A DNA stretch of 64,000 nt, taken from IMG/VR virus record IMGVR_UViG_3300044656_000123, positions 1 through 64,000 of that record; one strand, given 5' to 3'. A program made the position numbers and the translations under genes. The notes under the pieces are model-generated. The model had not been told where the DNA came from, searched no databases, and saw nothing but the letters and a program-made list of their open reading frames with translations. This DNA comes from a virus (taxonomy: Duplodnaviria > Caudoviricetes). Each line of letters begins with the position of its first letter. Within the stretch, counting starts at the first letter, position 1. Positions 1-9,868 of this stretch are shown piece after piece.

Positions 1-10
1 GAGCGCTGAC

Positions 11-511
11 GTGAATGCTAACTTTCAACAAGTATTGAATGCGGCAACGTATTCAGGAAGCATTCAGGCGACAAACAACACGACTACACTTATTGAGATT
101 GATGATATAGACATCACAATCAAAAACGGTAGTCATACTTGTCATAGCTCTAGACACAAGCACCATTCAGGCTCTAATGATCGGTGTCAGGTTTTTTCGG
201 TTAAGACCAACGGCGTTATAATTGACGCTTTAGTGATTGACGAAACCGGGCAGTGTCACCATAAACACGGTCATCACTGTGATGGATACGGTAATCACTA
301 CGTTTCAACAAGCTACTTTAGCGGCTCAGGTAGCGGCACATACTCTCATGGTCTCATTGGAGCAACGCCAAAGATGATCATGGTAACGCCACGCGGTTCC
401 ACGCCTGTTTCTTACGCTGTTACAAACATCAACTCTAGCACATGCCTGATAACATTATCGGCTAGTGTAGCGTTTGATGCAATAGCAGTGTATTACTCGG
501 ACGTAGACTAG
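11..511 (+). CDS. Tail fibre-like protein, probably the C-terminal part of a gene starting before the window
   Basis: Beta-rich sequence with His clusters (HKHH, HHKHGHH) and a YSHGL..TP motif like those at phage fibre tips; structural module context. Confidence 0.45.
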   Translation: MNANFQQVLNAATYSGSIQATNNTTTLIEIDDIDITIKNGSHTCHSSRHKHHSGSNDRCQVFSVKTNGVIIDALVIDETGQCHHKHGHHCDGYGNHYVSTSYFSGSGSGTYSHGLIGATPKMIMVTPRGSTPVSYAVTNINSSTCLITLSASVAFDAIAVYYSDVD

Positions 512-518
512 GAGAACA

Positions 519-905
519 GTGAAAACAATACAACTCAAGCCTGAACACAAGGACACGATAGGGCTACACGCCTTGCATATACAACGGCATCAAGACTTGC
601 TAGATCAGGCGTTGGAGAGCTTTGAACAGTCTAAGCAATGCATGGAACTCCTTGCAGTAGCATGGGGGTACATACCGAAAAGTGAAGCTGGTAAGTTAGA
701 TCCTTTGGTAGTGCGCAACGCAGAGTTCATGGCATATTTCCTGAACGATGCAAGAGAGAATGATAAAACTGCCGCGCTTCACTCCGGCATTGTTCAAGCG
801 CTAAAAGAGGCTTTGGCGTGCTTTCTAGCAGAGCATTATGGTCTAGACATAGAAAAAGACTGGCAACTTGATTTTGACAAATACATAGTAATTTGCCAGG
901 AGTAA
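519..905 (+). CDS. Hypothetical phage protein (possible fibre chaperone)
   Basis: 128-aa ORF with AGGAG RBS, directly after the fibre-like gene. Confidence 0.6.
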   Translation: MKTIQLKPEHKDTIGLHALHIQRHQDLLDQALESFEQSKQCMELLAVAWGYIPKSEAGKLDPLVVRNAEFMAYFLNDARENDKTAALHSGIVQALKEALACFLAEHYGLDIEKDWQLDFDKYIVICQE

Positions 906-937
906 GATATGCCTGCTTTGAAAGTGATTAGGACGAC

Positions 938-1423
938 ATGATGAGAGGAGAGTTTAGCGAGCTTGCTACATTCATACAGACAACCCTAAGCCCGGTCACG
1001 AACAAACTTCAGACGCTTGAGAGTAAAGTTGATGCGCTGAACATGGATCGTGTAACTCGCTCAGACATCGAAAAATTACGTTCAGAAATGTCAACGGCTT
1101 ACGTGCCTAGAGACGCCTATGAACCAAGACATGCAGCTTTAATAGAGCGAGACGCGCAAATAGAAAATCTTGTTCGTGAAGTGCGCAGAGATATTGAAGT
1201 TCAGATGAAGCAATTGCGAGACGATACTAAGAAAGAATCGCAAAAGATCCATGAGCGTCTAGAAAGCGGCAAACAGCAAATTGAGGACCGCTTTAAAGAA
1301 CAGCAAGAAATACAGCTTTCCGCCCGTGATCGTACATGGGTGCGATGGTCGCAAGTGGTCGGATATATAGGCATGGCATTAGCCATACTTGGCTTTATCG
1401 TTGATCACATTAATTTTCATTAA
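938..1423 (+). CDS. Coiled-coil protein with C-terminal transmembrane helix (holin-like/membrane accessory)
   Basis: Heptad-rich body; hydrophobic end VVGYIGMALAILGFIV. Confidence 0.55.
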   Translation: MMRGEFSELATFIQTTLSPVTNKLQTLESKVDALNMDRVTRSDIEKLRSEMSTAYVPRDAYEPRHAALIERDAQIENLVREVRRDIEVQMKQLRDDTKKESQKIHERLESGKQQIEDRFKEQQEIQLSARDRTWVRWSQVVGYIGMALAILGFIVDHINFH

Positions 1424-1487
1424 ATTATTATCTTGTAAAACAACATGTACGGTCAACCGAACATTAAGTTGTTGAGAGGAAAAATCA

Positions 1488-2288
1488 ATGGCAAGAGAGC
1501 TTTTCGTAACGCTCCCTGAGTACCACAAAAACACACAGGTTAAACCGCAAAACTTCATGGAATTTTGCGACATGTACGAAGCGCACGCGGGGCCGCTCGG
1601 CCTTTGGTGTCTCAAGACAAGCGATAAGTACACTGGCGAAGTTATCAAGGAAGTATGGACAAAGAACATTGTTACCGACAATGGAGCAACGGCAATGTTG
1701 AAGAACACATGGAACAATGCAGGTAGCGCTGTTTCCATCTTCAACCAGATTGCCATTGCAGCGCAGGCGGGATCAACAACGCTACAGACTGCTCTTACTA
1801 ACGGTCAGACTGGCGTTACATCGTTAACTGTTGCCGCGCTCCCGGCTGCTATCCCTTCCGGTACTACGCTAACGCTCGGTTATGGCACTGGCACAACGCA
1901 AAATGTGACGACTAGCGCTCTTGCCAACGCTGGCGCAACATCTATCACTGTTACCAGCTTTACCGCTAATGCAGCTTACGCAGTAGGTTCTAACGTCGTC
2001 CCTGTTCCTACCACTTCTGACAACCCTTCTTCTGTGTCCGGCGCTCAGTACTCCGGTGGTCTAGCCTCTGGTGCGTTCACCTTCTCCGGCACTGGTGCAG
2101 GCAACCGTCAGGTTGTAATTACTTACACCTTTAACGGTGGTACGTTCACGGCAGGCAACTACACTGAAGCGTATACTTGCAACGCAAACCCCATTGTTGC
2201 GGGCGCTACCGCATCTCACCTCATTACAACGCCTATGGCGTTAAATAGCACCACAAACTTAACTGTGACCATCACCGAGAAGGTGTAA
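1488..2288 (+). CDS. Virion structural protein (tail collar/fibre-like)
   Basis: NIVTDNG motif near the N-terminus, Thr/Gly/Ala-rich beta composition, GAGG RBS. Confidence 0.6.
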   Translation: MARELFVTLPEYHKNTQVKPQNFMEFCDMYEAHAGPLGLWCLKTSDKYTGEVIKEVWTKNIVTDNGATAMLKNTWNNAGSAVSIFNQIAIAAQAGSTTLQTALTNGQTGVTSLTVAALPAAIPSGTTLTLGYGTGTTQNVTTSALANAGATSITVTSFTANAAYAVGSNVVPVPTTSDNPSSVSGAQYSGGLASGAFTFSGTGAGNRQVVITYTFNGGTFTAGNYTEAYTCNANPIVAGATASHLITTPMALNSTTNLTVTITEKV

Positions 2289-2375
2289 GTTAAGTTCGTA
2301 ACAGACAACGGCGCTACACAATTTAATGAGCGGTAGACCATAATCTACCGCTCATCTTAGCATAAGGGCAGAGTT

Positions 2376-5300
2376 TTGAGCACACAGCTAGCACTTGACA
2401 CATACAATAGAGCAAATCAAAGCGGTTGGGGTACTGCCTCTGATGGTACGGACACGTGGACAGCGCGTGACGCTACAGCTACGTACTCAATTGCCAGCAA
2501 TCAAGGAAAGGTGCTACAAAACTCTACCAATGCTGATGAAATTAATACCTTATTTTCTCCTGCAACCAACACCGCATATGAGATATACGGACAATGCACT
2601 ACGTCTAACGCTACTTCTCACCCCGGATTATGCGTTAACTATCAATCTAGCGGTAACTTTGTTAAGTGCGAGATATCCCCGACTGCCGTGAACGTTGTCA
2701 AGTTTGTAGGCGGATCACAGACAACACTTAAATCTGACACCAGCACAAAGGTCACAACGTCTAATGCAACGTACAATTTTCGTTTTAGGTGGGAAGTTGG
2801 CGGCGCTTATTATTTTAAAGCTTGGATTGGTACGGCTGCTGAGCCTGCCGCATGGAACTGCAACGGAGTTACCGATACAACTTACAATAGCGGCGCTGTA
2901 GGTGTATACGTAGCGGCTCGTGGCGCTACAACTGACACTGTTCTCTGGAATCAGTTTTATGTTTCATACTCAGATTTAAATGAGGACACAACTGCTGATG
3001 GTCTGACTCTAAGCGATGCAAGTAGCACGTTTACTATTGCGGAGAATGCACCAACAGATTCGCTTTCAGCGCCAACAGATAGCCAAGCATGGGTAGTCAA
3101 CCCGGCACCAACGGATAGTTTAACATCAGATGACTCGGCTACTACCTTTGCTCTGTCTGATACCTTCCCGGTAGATAATCTGACGCAAGTTGACGCAAGC
3201 GGCGCTACAATCATACAAAATCAAAGCGATGTTTTAGCCGCGCCAACGGATAGCGAAGCGTGGATTGTTGGTTTTAAGCCCACAGAAACCTTAACAGAGG
3301 TTGAGACACAACTTTTTGCCTTGTCTGACACCTTTGCAGCCGATAGCGCTAGTGCTTCGGACGTTATTACGCCAAATTCCGGGCCTTCGCTGTCTGATAC
3401 ACTGACTGAAGCTGAGTCTGCCGCGTACGCCATATCGGAAACGGCACCTATAGACTCGGTAAGCAACGCAGAAAGCCCCGTGTACACGATCACAAAGTCA
3501 AATACTGACTCGGTAAGCAATGCAGAAAGCTCCGCATACGCCCTTGCACAGAATAATGCAGCCATAACACTCGCCGTTACAGAAATTGACGCTAGCGCTG
3601 AGTATTTCAGCGTTGAAGAGGACCTTATAACCTCAGATACACAGCTAGAAGCTATCGTTGAAACACCTGCAAGCGACATTGTAACGCTTACTGAGTCAAA
3701 ATCGTTCGTTATTGCTGATAAATTCCCATCTGATAGCATTGCAAACGCGGAAACCAACCTTACCGCAGTCACACAGACTGACATAACAACTCTCGGCACT
3801 GCCAGCGATAGCATTGTATTTGGTCAACCCGGCGTTATTTTCCCTGATCAATTAACAATAACAGATAGTATTCAGCAGGCAGAGGTCCCGTCCCAACTTA
3901 CCGATGTGCCTTTGCTGCCTTCTGACCTTCTTCAATGGGATACCAACTTTACTGATCACGTCGAGATTGATGAAAGTGTTCAGCTTAGCTACAGTAGTTC
4001 ACTTCTTGATTCAAGGAGCGTGCTATACAGCAACACTATCAGCGACGGGCCAGCCGCTTACTACCAGCTAAACGAAGATTCGTTCGGCGGCATCTATCAG
4101 CGTGACGGTTCTGACCAACCGAACAATGCCAGTATTCCTATCTTGTATGGTTCAATGCTCGAATATACATGGGCGCAGATTGAGCCACAGGAAGGAAACC
4201 GACTTTTTAGCACTATCGACGCTGATATACTCCCTTGGAAGAATCAGGATAAGAAGGTTATTCTGCGTGTATTTGTGTCAAGTACGCCGTTTTACAATAA
4301 CGCGCACAACAATAACACCGCAGGGCAAGCTACGCCTACGTGGGTATTCTCCGCAGGAGCACCGTCAGTCACCGGGCTTGATGGCGCGGTCTACCCGGTA
4401 TATTGGGATAGCACCTTTCTTGCCAAGTACACGAACTTTGTGAACGCCTTTGCAAACTACTACGACGAAAACTCTACCGTCGCTGGCGTCATCATCTCTT
4501 GCGGTGTAAACGGCACAACTGCGTTAGAAGCGTCAGGAGATACACAAAGCAATACTACCGCGCTCTGGACACCGAGAGGCTATACCCCGACGCAATGGAT
4601 GGAAGGCATTGTAAATATCATTGACATTTATCAGGCTGCTTTCCAGCATACGCCATTGATTCTCTCAGTTAATGATGCCGTGATAGCGCCTGATAACGTC
4701 TACAACATTCACCAGTGTATTAGCATAGCGGTTGCTGAAGCTGCATGGTTGATGGATGAGAACGTTTACATCAATGAGCAGCACAATGACCCGAACTGGA
4801 ACATTGTCCCTTTAATTACTGTGCCTAGAGTGAGCATTGCAAGCGGTAACACTCCTGACACGCTAGACGGTGAATTAACGCTTGCCATTAACTATCAAGC
4901 TGACTACGCGGCTGTATGGGCAGATGATATTACACTGGACAATGAGACAACGCTGACCAAATATTTTAGCCTTGCACAAAGCAAGGGGTTGAATGACAGT
5001 GCATCATCAAACTTTAAAATGGCGATATTTGGAGGCGTTTACCCGACATCGCACATTAGCACTGGTGACTACCTGAATGGCGCTCAGCAGTTTGACGGAT
5101 TAACAGGCTTTGGCTACATCGGTAAGCTGGCACAAACAAACACAGATAAATGGACGCTAAAATGCACTGTATTCCCCCAGGTGCTTCCAATGTCAGAGGC
5201 TATAGCTTTTAGCGTCGGTAACGATGGATCTACCGGGTATGGCGGCTATGCCATTGGCATATCAGGAGGCGCAAACGGCGGCGCAGGGGCAAAGTTCTGT

Positions 5301-8300
5301 GCGCACTTGCCGGGTCTCGGCTGGTATGACTCCGGCTATTCTTTCCCTGAAGTTGGGCAATGGTATCAGCTATTCGTCACATTCGACGGTGTAACACTCA
5401 GATTCTACGCTAACGGCGTGCTTTGCCCAAACACCTATAACGTCACAGCGAATGCGCCAAGTTTAGCAATGACCATCGGCGCTCAATGGGATGGCATGAC
5501 AAGAACGGCAAAGCGCTTCTTTATCGGAAGCGTTGACGAATGCGCCGTATATCCCTTCGCGCTTGCTCCTAGCCGCGTTCTTGCACTGTCTGACATTGAA
5601 TATGGCATGAACGAGCTTCTTACTGGCTCCGGTAACTTGTTCTCAGCAACAGAACAGCTAGCTATTGACGACGCTTCAAGCCTTACCAATGTCATAGAAA
5701 TAGCTTCTGACACACTAAGCGTTACTGAAGGATTTGCTTACAGCATTGCAAGCAGCAACACAGCCGCCTACGAGGTTCTTGCTGAGGATATGTTTAATCG
5801 TCTGGTGTCTAGCGGCCTCGGCAACGCTACAGATGGTAACGCATGGCAGATTAAAGCAGGAGCTTCATCTTACCTTGTTGATGGCGCTGAAGGTCAGGCC
5901 ACAGGCAGCACAAGCGCGAACGTCCTGTTTCTCGGTGACAATGACGATGATCTACAGGACGTACAGGTTACATTTCAGATTAGCGATACCTCATCAACGT
6001 TTGGCCTTATCGCCTTTGGCACTGACGCAAGCAACTACTACAGTCTACGTGCAGGCGCAAATTTACAGCTTTATAAAACCGTAGCAGGCACCAGCACAAC
6101 GCTTGGTACTGGCGCGGCCTTTACGCTGAGCGCTAACACGTGGTATCACTTGCATCTTAAGGTCAGTAAAGGCATCTTGTACGGGAATGTTTGGGCTAAT
6201 GGCAGCGCTGAGCCTGTAGGATGGATGGTTACGGCTTCTGACACGGCGTTCTCTTCAGGATCGAGCGGCCTGTACATTGTAGGTGCAAGTAATGGCACTA
6301 CGTTTAAATTTACTAACTTCTTTGCTATAGACAATGTTCTCTCTGATTTTGTATATCTGCAAGAGATATATACTTTTACGTCAATTTTGCCGCCGCTTGT
6401 TGACACTATACCAACAATTATCGACGCATCAATTACCGCGCCTGATCTAGAATTTATAGATACCGGGCTTAGCATTGCAGAGGTCCCTGCCCCGGTAGAC
6501 GAAGCAACTGGCATAGATTTCTTACTGTTTGGGGTCAGTACGCAGGCATGGGCCATGTCTTACAGCCCGACAGAGCAGTTAACGGAGCAAGAGGGCATTG
6601 CTACGCCTGTCATTGTTGACTTCCCGGCTGATGCCGCGCCAACGTTAAGCGATGCCATTACGCCATATGTTACGCCTGTCCCGGTAGATCAGATTGCTCC
6701 TTCTGAGACTGTTGCAGAAGTTTATACTGCTAACCTTGTTGATCAAATGACGTTGGTTGACGCATCGACAGTGACGCAGATTCGCAATATTGTTGATGCT
6801 GACCCGTCAAAACGATACATCATGCGTGCCTTTGGCGCTCCAATCATCGTCAAAAAGAGCGCTCCGCTTATTGCTGGCGATAAGATTGTACCGACTGACA
6901 ACCCGACAGACACATCGAGCCTTACGCTGTCTGATAGCGTTGCTCACGGGCCTGCCTTCTTGCTCAGTGACACATTGACGATCACTGAGTCAGTTTTATA
7001 TGTCATAAATGAGACAATACCGACTGACGCAACCGCAGGGCCAACAGATAACATAGTACCGACGATCATACCTTCACCTATCGACTTGGTGACTGAGCAA
7101 GAAATTATCATCTTTGCAGTAGGGCCAATTTTGCCGCCTGATCTTACCGGGTCTGTGATCGAGGAAGATGTAACATTCTTAGAAAGTGACACTTTTGACC
7201 CGGATCTTGCAACAGTTGATGATAGTACCTCGCAAGAAACTGTTGCATTTGCACCAATCGAAATTGTTGCAATTCCTGACGATGCTACATTCTCAGTTGC
7301 TACTTTTGCAACAGTTGAAAGTGTAACAATTTCTGAGAATGCTACATTTGTGGTTGCAACATTTGCAACAGACAGTGCAACAGTTAGCGATGCTGCAACT
7401 CAATACACTGTTGCACCAGTGCCAACTGAAATTGTTGCAAACTCTGAACTTGTTGCATATTTAGAAGTTGCAACACTGCTACCTGATACACCGATTGAAG
7501 CAGAGTCAATTCTGTCTACTGAAGCAAGGGCATTTACAACAGAGAATGTTGCAACAACTGATGCCGTACAGTCTGTTACAAATAATTTTGAAGAGACTGA
7601 CTTTGCAACAATCGAAATTGCAACAACGATGGTGCAGGATCTTGCTACAGACAACCTTACTGTAGCAGAAACTACGCTAGATACTGACGCGCAGGCGGCG
7701 CTCGACAACCTGACATTCGCTGATGAACAAGATAATTTCGTAGTATTCAATAGTGAACAAGATGTAGTACTGATTGATAGCGATTTTATCTTTACATTAG
7801 AGGCTGTAGCTGGCACTGATCTTGTCTCGGAGAGTGAAAGCCTGATACAGATAGAGACGTTTATATACTCTCTGCCTGATATTGCGCTTCCTAACCCTGT
7901 TGAGTTAGGAGCATTCACTGTTATACCAGTCCCGATAGACACGGTAATATCTGCGGAAGGCATAGCCGAATCCTTGTCACTTGCCTTTGATGCCGATTCT
8001 GCACCTGCTAGCGATGCATTGTTAGAGACAATATCTACAAGCTTCACTGGTTGGTTAGATCTGCTCTTCCTTGCATCGCTGGTGCAATACGCTGTAACTT
8101 TGGCGGCAGTTGAAACTGAGAACGAGCTAGAAAGCTTTGTGTTCTCTAGCGCAAGCACCTATCAAGATAACAGCACACCTAACACGGAAGAGAACGCCGT
8201 AATTGTTACACAGTTGGAAGCAGAGCAAAGTAGCATTGTTGAAAGTAGCAATGCTACAGTGCAGATTTTTGCAACAGAGCAGAGTGTTGCAACAGAAAGT

Positions 8301-9032
8301 AACACAGTTGTTGTTGTGCTACTCGGAGATGTAGCATTGCAACTTTCTGAAAATGCGACATTTGCAAGCCAAATTGTTGCAACAGAAAATGCAACAATTT
8401 TTGATGCAACAATGTTCACTGTTGCAAATGATACACTTCCCGACGATGCAACAATTTTAGACAATGCAACAATTACGAATATTGCAACAGTGAGCGATGC
8501 AACAATTCTGGAAGATGTAACAATGTTCACTGTTGCAGATGCGACACCTTTTGATGTTGCAACAATTTTAGACCTTGCAACATTTGCAACAATTATGGCC
8601 CCGATGGATGATGCAACAATTTTAGATTTTGCTACTCTGTCTTACGTAGTAGCAGAAGTTGATACATCATCAATCGCTGATGTATCAAAGACAACAAATG
8701 TGACTCTTAGCAGTGATGGGTTACAAGCAGGCGAAAATGTTTTATACTCTACCATAATGGCACCAGTAGAAAATCAGACGTTGCAAGAAGTTCTGACAAC
8801 TACGTTGATACACGCTGAAACAGACAGCGATGCGATAGAAGAACTTTTGTCAGGCGTTGGCTACGGCTTACTGGATGACTCGTTAAATATTGTAGAGGTT
8901 AGTAACATTAGTAGTGCAAGCTATATCAAGACATTTGGCATAGTAAGAACCGGGCAGGTGGACGGGATTATTAGAACTGGTAACAGCACCGGAGTTATAA
9001 GAACCGGGCTTGTAGATGGAGTTATATCATGA
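2376..9032 (+). CDS. Giant acidic multidomain tail/adhesion protein (duplicated beta-sandwich domains, LamG/ConA-like domain, inserted glycoside hydrolase-like barrel, long acidic repeats)
   Basis: 2218-aa ORF; PAAYYQLNE...FDG...GSVDECAVY (LamG-like); YTWAQIEPQEG (GH42/GH35-like); duplicated D.YNR...GWG.A.DG domain; D-x-L-x3-E/D repeats. Confidence 0.7.
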   Translation: MSTQLALDTYNRANQSGWGTASDGTDTWTARDATATYSIASNQGKVLQNSTNADEINTLFSPATNTAYEIYGQCTTSNATSHPGLCVNYQSSGNFVKCEISPTAVNVVKFVGGSQTTLKSDTSTKVTTSNATYNFRFRWEVGGAYYFKAWIGTAAEPAAWNCNGVTDTTYNSGAVGVYVAARGATTDTVLWNQFYVSYSDLNEDTTADGLTLSDASSTFTIAENAPTDSLSAPTDSQAWVVNPAPTDSLTSDDSATTFALSDTFPVDNLTQVDASGATIIQNQSDVLAAPTDSEAWIVGFKPTETLTEVETQLFALSDTFAADSASASDVITPNSGPSLSDTLTEAESAAYAISETAPIDSVSNAESPVYTITKSNTDSVSNAESSAYALAQNNAAITLAVTEIDASAEYFSVEEDLITSDTQLEAIVETPASDIVTLTESKSFVIADKFPSDSIANAETNLTAVTQTDITTLGTASDSIVFGQPGVIFPDQLTITDSIQQAEVPSQLTDVPLLPSDLLQWDTNFTDHVEIDESVQLSYSSSLLDSRSVLYSNTISDGPAAYYQLNEDSFGGIYQRDGSDQPNNASIPILYGSMLEYTWAQIEPQEGNRLFSTIDADILPWKNQDKKVILRVFVSSTPFYNNAHNNNTAGQATPTWVFSAGAPSVTGLDGAVYPVYWDSTFLAKYTNFVNAFANYYDENSTVAGVIISCGVNGTTALEASGDTQSNTTALWTPRGYTPTQWMEGIVNIIDIYQAAFQHTPLILSVNDAVIAPDNVYNIHQCISIAVAEAAWLMDENVYINEQHNDPNWNIVPLITVPRVSIASGNTPDTLDGELTLAINYQADYAAVWADDITLDNETTLTKYFSLAQSKGLNDSASSNFKMAIFGGVYPTSHISTGDYLNGAQQFDGLTGFGYIGKLAQTNTDKWTLKCTVFPQVLPMSEAIAFSVGNDGSTGYGGYAIGISGGANGGAGAKFCAHLPGLGWYDSGYSFPEVGQWYQLFVTFDGVTLRFYANGVLCPNTYNVTANAPSLAMTIGAQWDGMTRTAKRFFIGSVDECAVYPFALAPSRVLALSDIEYGMNELLTGSGNLFSATEQLAIDDASSLTNVIEIASDTLSVTEGFAYSIASSNTAAYEVLAEDMFNRLVSSGLGNATDGNAWQIKAGASSYLVDGAEGQATGSTSANVLFLGDNDDDLQDVQVTFQISDTSSTFGLIAFGTDASNYYSLRAGANLQLYKTVAGTSTTLGTGAAFTLSANTWYHLHLKVSKGILYGNVWANGSAEPVGWMVTASDTAFSSGSSGLYIVGASNGTTFKFTNFFAIDNVLSDFVYLQEIYTFTSILPPLVDTIPTIIDASITAPDLEFIDTGLSIAEVPAPVDEATGIDFLLFGVSTQAWAMSYSPTEQLTEQEGIATPVIVDFPADAAPTLSDAITPYVTPVPVDQIAPSETVAEVYTANLVDQMTLVDASTVTQIRNIVDADPSKRYIMRAFGAPIIVKKSAPLIAGDKIVPTDNPTDTSSLTLSDSVAHGPAFLLSDTLTITESVLYVINETIPTDATAGPTDNIVPTIIPSPIDLVTEQEIIIFAVGPILPPDLTGSVIEEDVTFLESDTFDPDLATVDDSTSQETVAFAPIEIVAIPDDATFSVATFATVESVTISENATFVVATFATDSATVSDAATQYTVAPVPTEIVANSELVAYLEVATLLPDTPIEAESILSTEARAFTTENVATTDAVQSVTNNFEETDFATIEIATTMVQDLATDNLTVAETTLDTDAQAALDNLTFADEQDNFVVFNSEQDVVLIDSDFIFTLEAVAGTDLVSESESLIQIETFIYSLPDIALPNPVELGAFTVIPVPIDTVISAEGIAESLSLAFDADSAPASDALLETISTSFTGWLDLLFLASLVQYAVTLAAVETENELESFVFSSASTYQDNSTPNTEENAVIVTQLEAEQSSIVESSNATVQIFATEQSVATESNTVVVVLLGDVALQLSENATFASQIVATENATIFDATMFTVANDTLPDDATILDNATITNIATVSDATILEDVTMFTVADATPFDVATILDLATFATIMAPMDDATILDFATLSYVVAEVDTSSIADVSKTTNVTLSSDGLQAGENVLYSTIMAPVENQTLQEVLTTTLIHAETDSDAIEELLSGVGYGLLDDSLNIVEVSNISSASYIKTFGIVRTGQVDGIIRTGNSTGVIRTGLVDGVIS

Positions 9033-9337
9033 GCATAGACCCTATAGCGCAAGCCATTGAGGTTATAAAACAGTGCTGGAAAGAGCCGGAGGCCCAAACG
9101 TCTGACATTGAATATGCCATTGCTACAGCTATGTATGCTCAGCAAGATAATGACTGGCTAGTGGCTTCAGTATATACAAATCAATCCAAGGATAGTCCAA
9201 AGGTCTTTACAGTTATACTATGGAGGTCTTTGAACTCTCCTGAGAGTACGTCAAAAATTCAAATTAAACCTGTTCTAGTCCATTGGGATGTAGAACTAGA
9301 AAAATTTGTAGTAGTTACTATGTCGAGGTTGCAGTGA
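9029..9337 (+). CDS. Hypothetical protein
   Basis: ATGA overlap with the upstream stop and GTGA overlap with the downstream start. Confidence 0.6.
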   Translation: MSIDPIAQAIEVIKQCWKEPEAQTSDIEYAIATAMYAQQDNDWLVASVYTNQSKDSPKVFTVILWRSLNSPESTSKIQIKPVLVHWDVELEKFVVVTMSRLQ

Positions 9338-9666
9338 ATGATATAAGTCCGGTACGTCAAGGTCAAACAACCCCGTCTTGTCATTGGACATTTCGTGACG
9401 CATTAGGCAACGTTGTACCTATGGATAGCGGCGCAACGTTCACAATGTACATTTATAATGTAGGATCAGGGCAGACGGTTCAAGGTCAAGGTACATTCAC
9501 CAACTTTGTCCCGTCAGCAGGCACTATTGATTACAATTGGCACGCAAACGACAGCGCGACACCGGGCCAGTATCAGGTATTTGCTGGATACGTAACATCT
9601 TCCGGCGCACAAGGTTATACTGACCCCGTAGACTGGCGTGTAGATCCGATCACAGTACAAACATAG
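9334..9666 (+). CDS. BppU N-terminal-like baseplate/Ig-like virion protein
   Basis: Pattern RQGQT.P....FRD..G......GATF.M...GTIDYNW...D...PGQY; GTG start overlaps the upstream TGA. Confidence 0.6.
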   Translation: MNDISPVRQGQTTPSCHWTFRDALGNVVPMDSGATFTMYIYNVGSGQTVQGQGTFTNFVPSAGTIDYNWHANDSATPGQYQVFAGYVTSSGAQGYTDPVDWRVDPITVQT

Positions 9667-9673
9667 GTGTAAA

Positions 9674-9853
9674 ATGGGTAAAGTTTACGAAACCAAGTTT
9701 TATAAAGGCACTCGCATACTTCGCGTACAGCACGTAGACCGTGTGAATGGCCCGGTTGTCGAGAAAGTATACGTTGACGAAGTTGCGGAAGGTCCTGATC
9801 AGGAAATTGTTAACAGGATAAAGAACCGTAAGAAGAATTTTCTTACCAAGTAA
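9674..9853 (+). CDS. Small hypothetical protein (59 aa, MGKVYETKFYKG...), not in the ORF track
   Basis: Read from sequence: AGGTG RBS, ATG at 9674, TAA at 9851-9853; fills the gap between genes. Confidence 0.55.
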   Translation: MGKVYETKFYKGTRILRVQHVDRVNGPVVEKVYVDEVAEGPDQEIVNRIKNRKKNFLTK

Positions 9854-9868
9854 GATAAGGATGTACGC

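Noticed and set aside
2957-8530. Minus-strand ORFs antisense to the giant gene
   Set aside because: Shadow ORFs caused by the biased repeat codons; Ser/Val-rich nonsense composition and no RBS.
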